Below, piece by piece: positions 62,355 to 64,000 of a DNA stretch of 64,000 nt (position 1 is the stretch's first letter; each line of letters starts with the position of its first letter). The stretch is from Eledone cirrhosa (Eukaryota): contig OZ024740.1 in NCBI GenBank assembly GCA_964016885.1, positions 220,596,001-220,660,000 on the forward strand, written 5' to 3'. Below the pieces are notes generated by a model. That model had not been told where the DNA came from. It saw nothing but the letters and a program-made list of their open reading frames with translations, and ran no database searches. The position numbers and the translations under genes are program-made.

Positions 62355-64000
62355 TCATCATCATCATCATCATCACCGTTTTACGTCCGTTCTTCCATGC
62401 TAGCATGGGTTAGACGGGTTGTCCTGTTGTGGGCAGTGTCTGGTTGGCTGACCATGCCTTGCTCATACAGGAACTGATTTGGCTTGATTTCTACAGCTGG
62501 ATGCCCTTTCTAACACCAACCTCATTTACAGTGAGTGCTGGGTGCTTTTTCGTGGCACCTACACGTCCACTTTACAGTGTGGGCTGGGTGCTTTTTTGCC
62601 GTGGCACCTCCACGACCACCTTGCAGTGGGAGGGTGTGGGGGCATATTGTCTATATGCTTCAGCTTGTACCCATGGGAGGTCGGGTACTCTGTATTACTG
62701 CGTGATGCCAGAGGTCACGGTCGTGTGTCATCGCCTTGGAGAGGTGTAATTGGGTAAGGTCGGTTTTTATCACCTCATCCCAAGTCATCTTGGGTCTCCC
62801 CACTCCGCGGTTTCCATCGACTTCTAGTGCTCTGCACCTTTTTATGCAGCTGTCATCCTTCATACGCATCACATGTCCATACCAGCGCAACCGCCTCTCC
62901 TGCACACAGCATTTGATTCCTCTTATGCTCAGTCTCTCTCTCAATTCATTTATGCTTTGTCAGTCGCGTATATTACTATTACACATCCATCGGAGCATGC
63001 AGGCTTCGTTTCTCTCTAATCTACGTAAATCTTCCACCTTCAGTGCCCAGGTCTCACTACCATGTAACATTGCTGTTCGGATACACGCATCATACAGTCT
63101 GCCTTTCATTTTGAGGGAGAAGCCTTTTGCAGCTAGCAGTGGCAGTAGTTCCCTGAACTTCTTCCATCCCGTTCTTACCCTAGTTATTGTACTTTCTGAA
63201 CACCCACCTCCGTTGCTAATTCGGTCACCTAGGTAGCAGAAGCTGACTACTGTCTCTACAGAGCCCTCCCAGAGATTGGTGGTACTTGTTACTTGTGGCT
63301 GTTTGCTGCTTGCTGTCCCAGTACAGCTGGTGCATGTGAAGCCTACATTCTTAATTAAGCTTCCTGAGATCCCGCTACATCTCTTGTGTACCCATTGTTT
63401 GCATTTGGGGCAGAGAATGGAGTTCCTACCTACACCTTTCCTGCATACTGAGCAAGGCCATTTCCCTGAGGGGATCTGGGTTCTGTTTTCTCGTCTACTT
63501 ACAAGGACCTTAGTCTTTGTCATGTTGACTTTGAGACCCTTTCTTTCTAGTCCCTGCTTCCATGTTTGGAATTTCTTCTCTAGTTCTACCATAGATTCAG
63601 CTATAAGTGCGAGGTCATCAGCATACAGGAGTTCCCATGGGCATCCGGTCTTAAACTCCTCCGTTATTGCCTGCAGGACTATGATGAACAGGAGAGGGCT
63701 AAGAACAGAGCCCTGGTGGACACCAACCTGTACGCTAAATTCCTCGCTATACTCATTGCTAATCCTAACTTTGCTGACTGCTCCCCTATACATGGCTTGT
63801 ACAGCTTTCACATCTACTCCTAGTTTTCTAAGAGCCCACCAGATTACAGCACGTTGAACTCTGTCAAAGGCTTTCTCGAGATCGACGAATGCCAGGTAGA
63901 GTGGCTTACTTTTAGCTAGGTACTTTTCCTGTAACTGCCTCACAAGGAAGAGCGCATCAGTGGTGCCTCTTCCTGGGACAAACCCAAATTACATCTCATG
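62355..64000 (-). mobile_element. RTE family 1 LINE (distinct subfamily), running off the window; RT ORF 62960-63943
   Basis: RT motifs, intact C4HC3 insertion, 3' UTR and (GAT)n tail at 62355-62374. Confidence 0.93.

Overview
AT-rich, microsatellite-rich, intron-containing animal DNA. The repeat landscape (RTE LINEs with shared SINE tails, tRNA-headed SINEs, Penelope-type remnants) suggests a coleoid cephalopod such as Octopus; this is an inference. Host genes read directly from the sequence: (1) a + strand, 3-exon divergent NKRF-like gene (6913-7649, 9446-9572, 16516-18792; 1046 aa) with two dsRBD-like folds, an R3H-like domain, no visible G-patch, an N/Y-rich low-complexity region and a basic tail with ten 9-aa TP repeats; its last exon and flanks are duplicated about 14 kb downstream (30458-31864) as a candidate alternative terminal exon with a mosaic divergence pattern; (2) the last three coding exons of urocanate hydratase UROC1 on the - strand; (3) an orphan frameshifted TTLL4-like exon. 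The rest is transposon debris: several RTE LINE families (one with a PHD finger inside RT, one with a twin-priming 5' inversion), CRE-, Hero- and CR1-like fragments, a decayed intron-containing Helitron, a decayed Chapaev3-like transposon, SINEs, MITEs, and Penelope-type remnants carrying three type I hammerhead ribozyme motifs. All family assignments are by eye from remembered motifs; no searches were run, and identities and counts are manual estimates.
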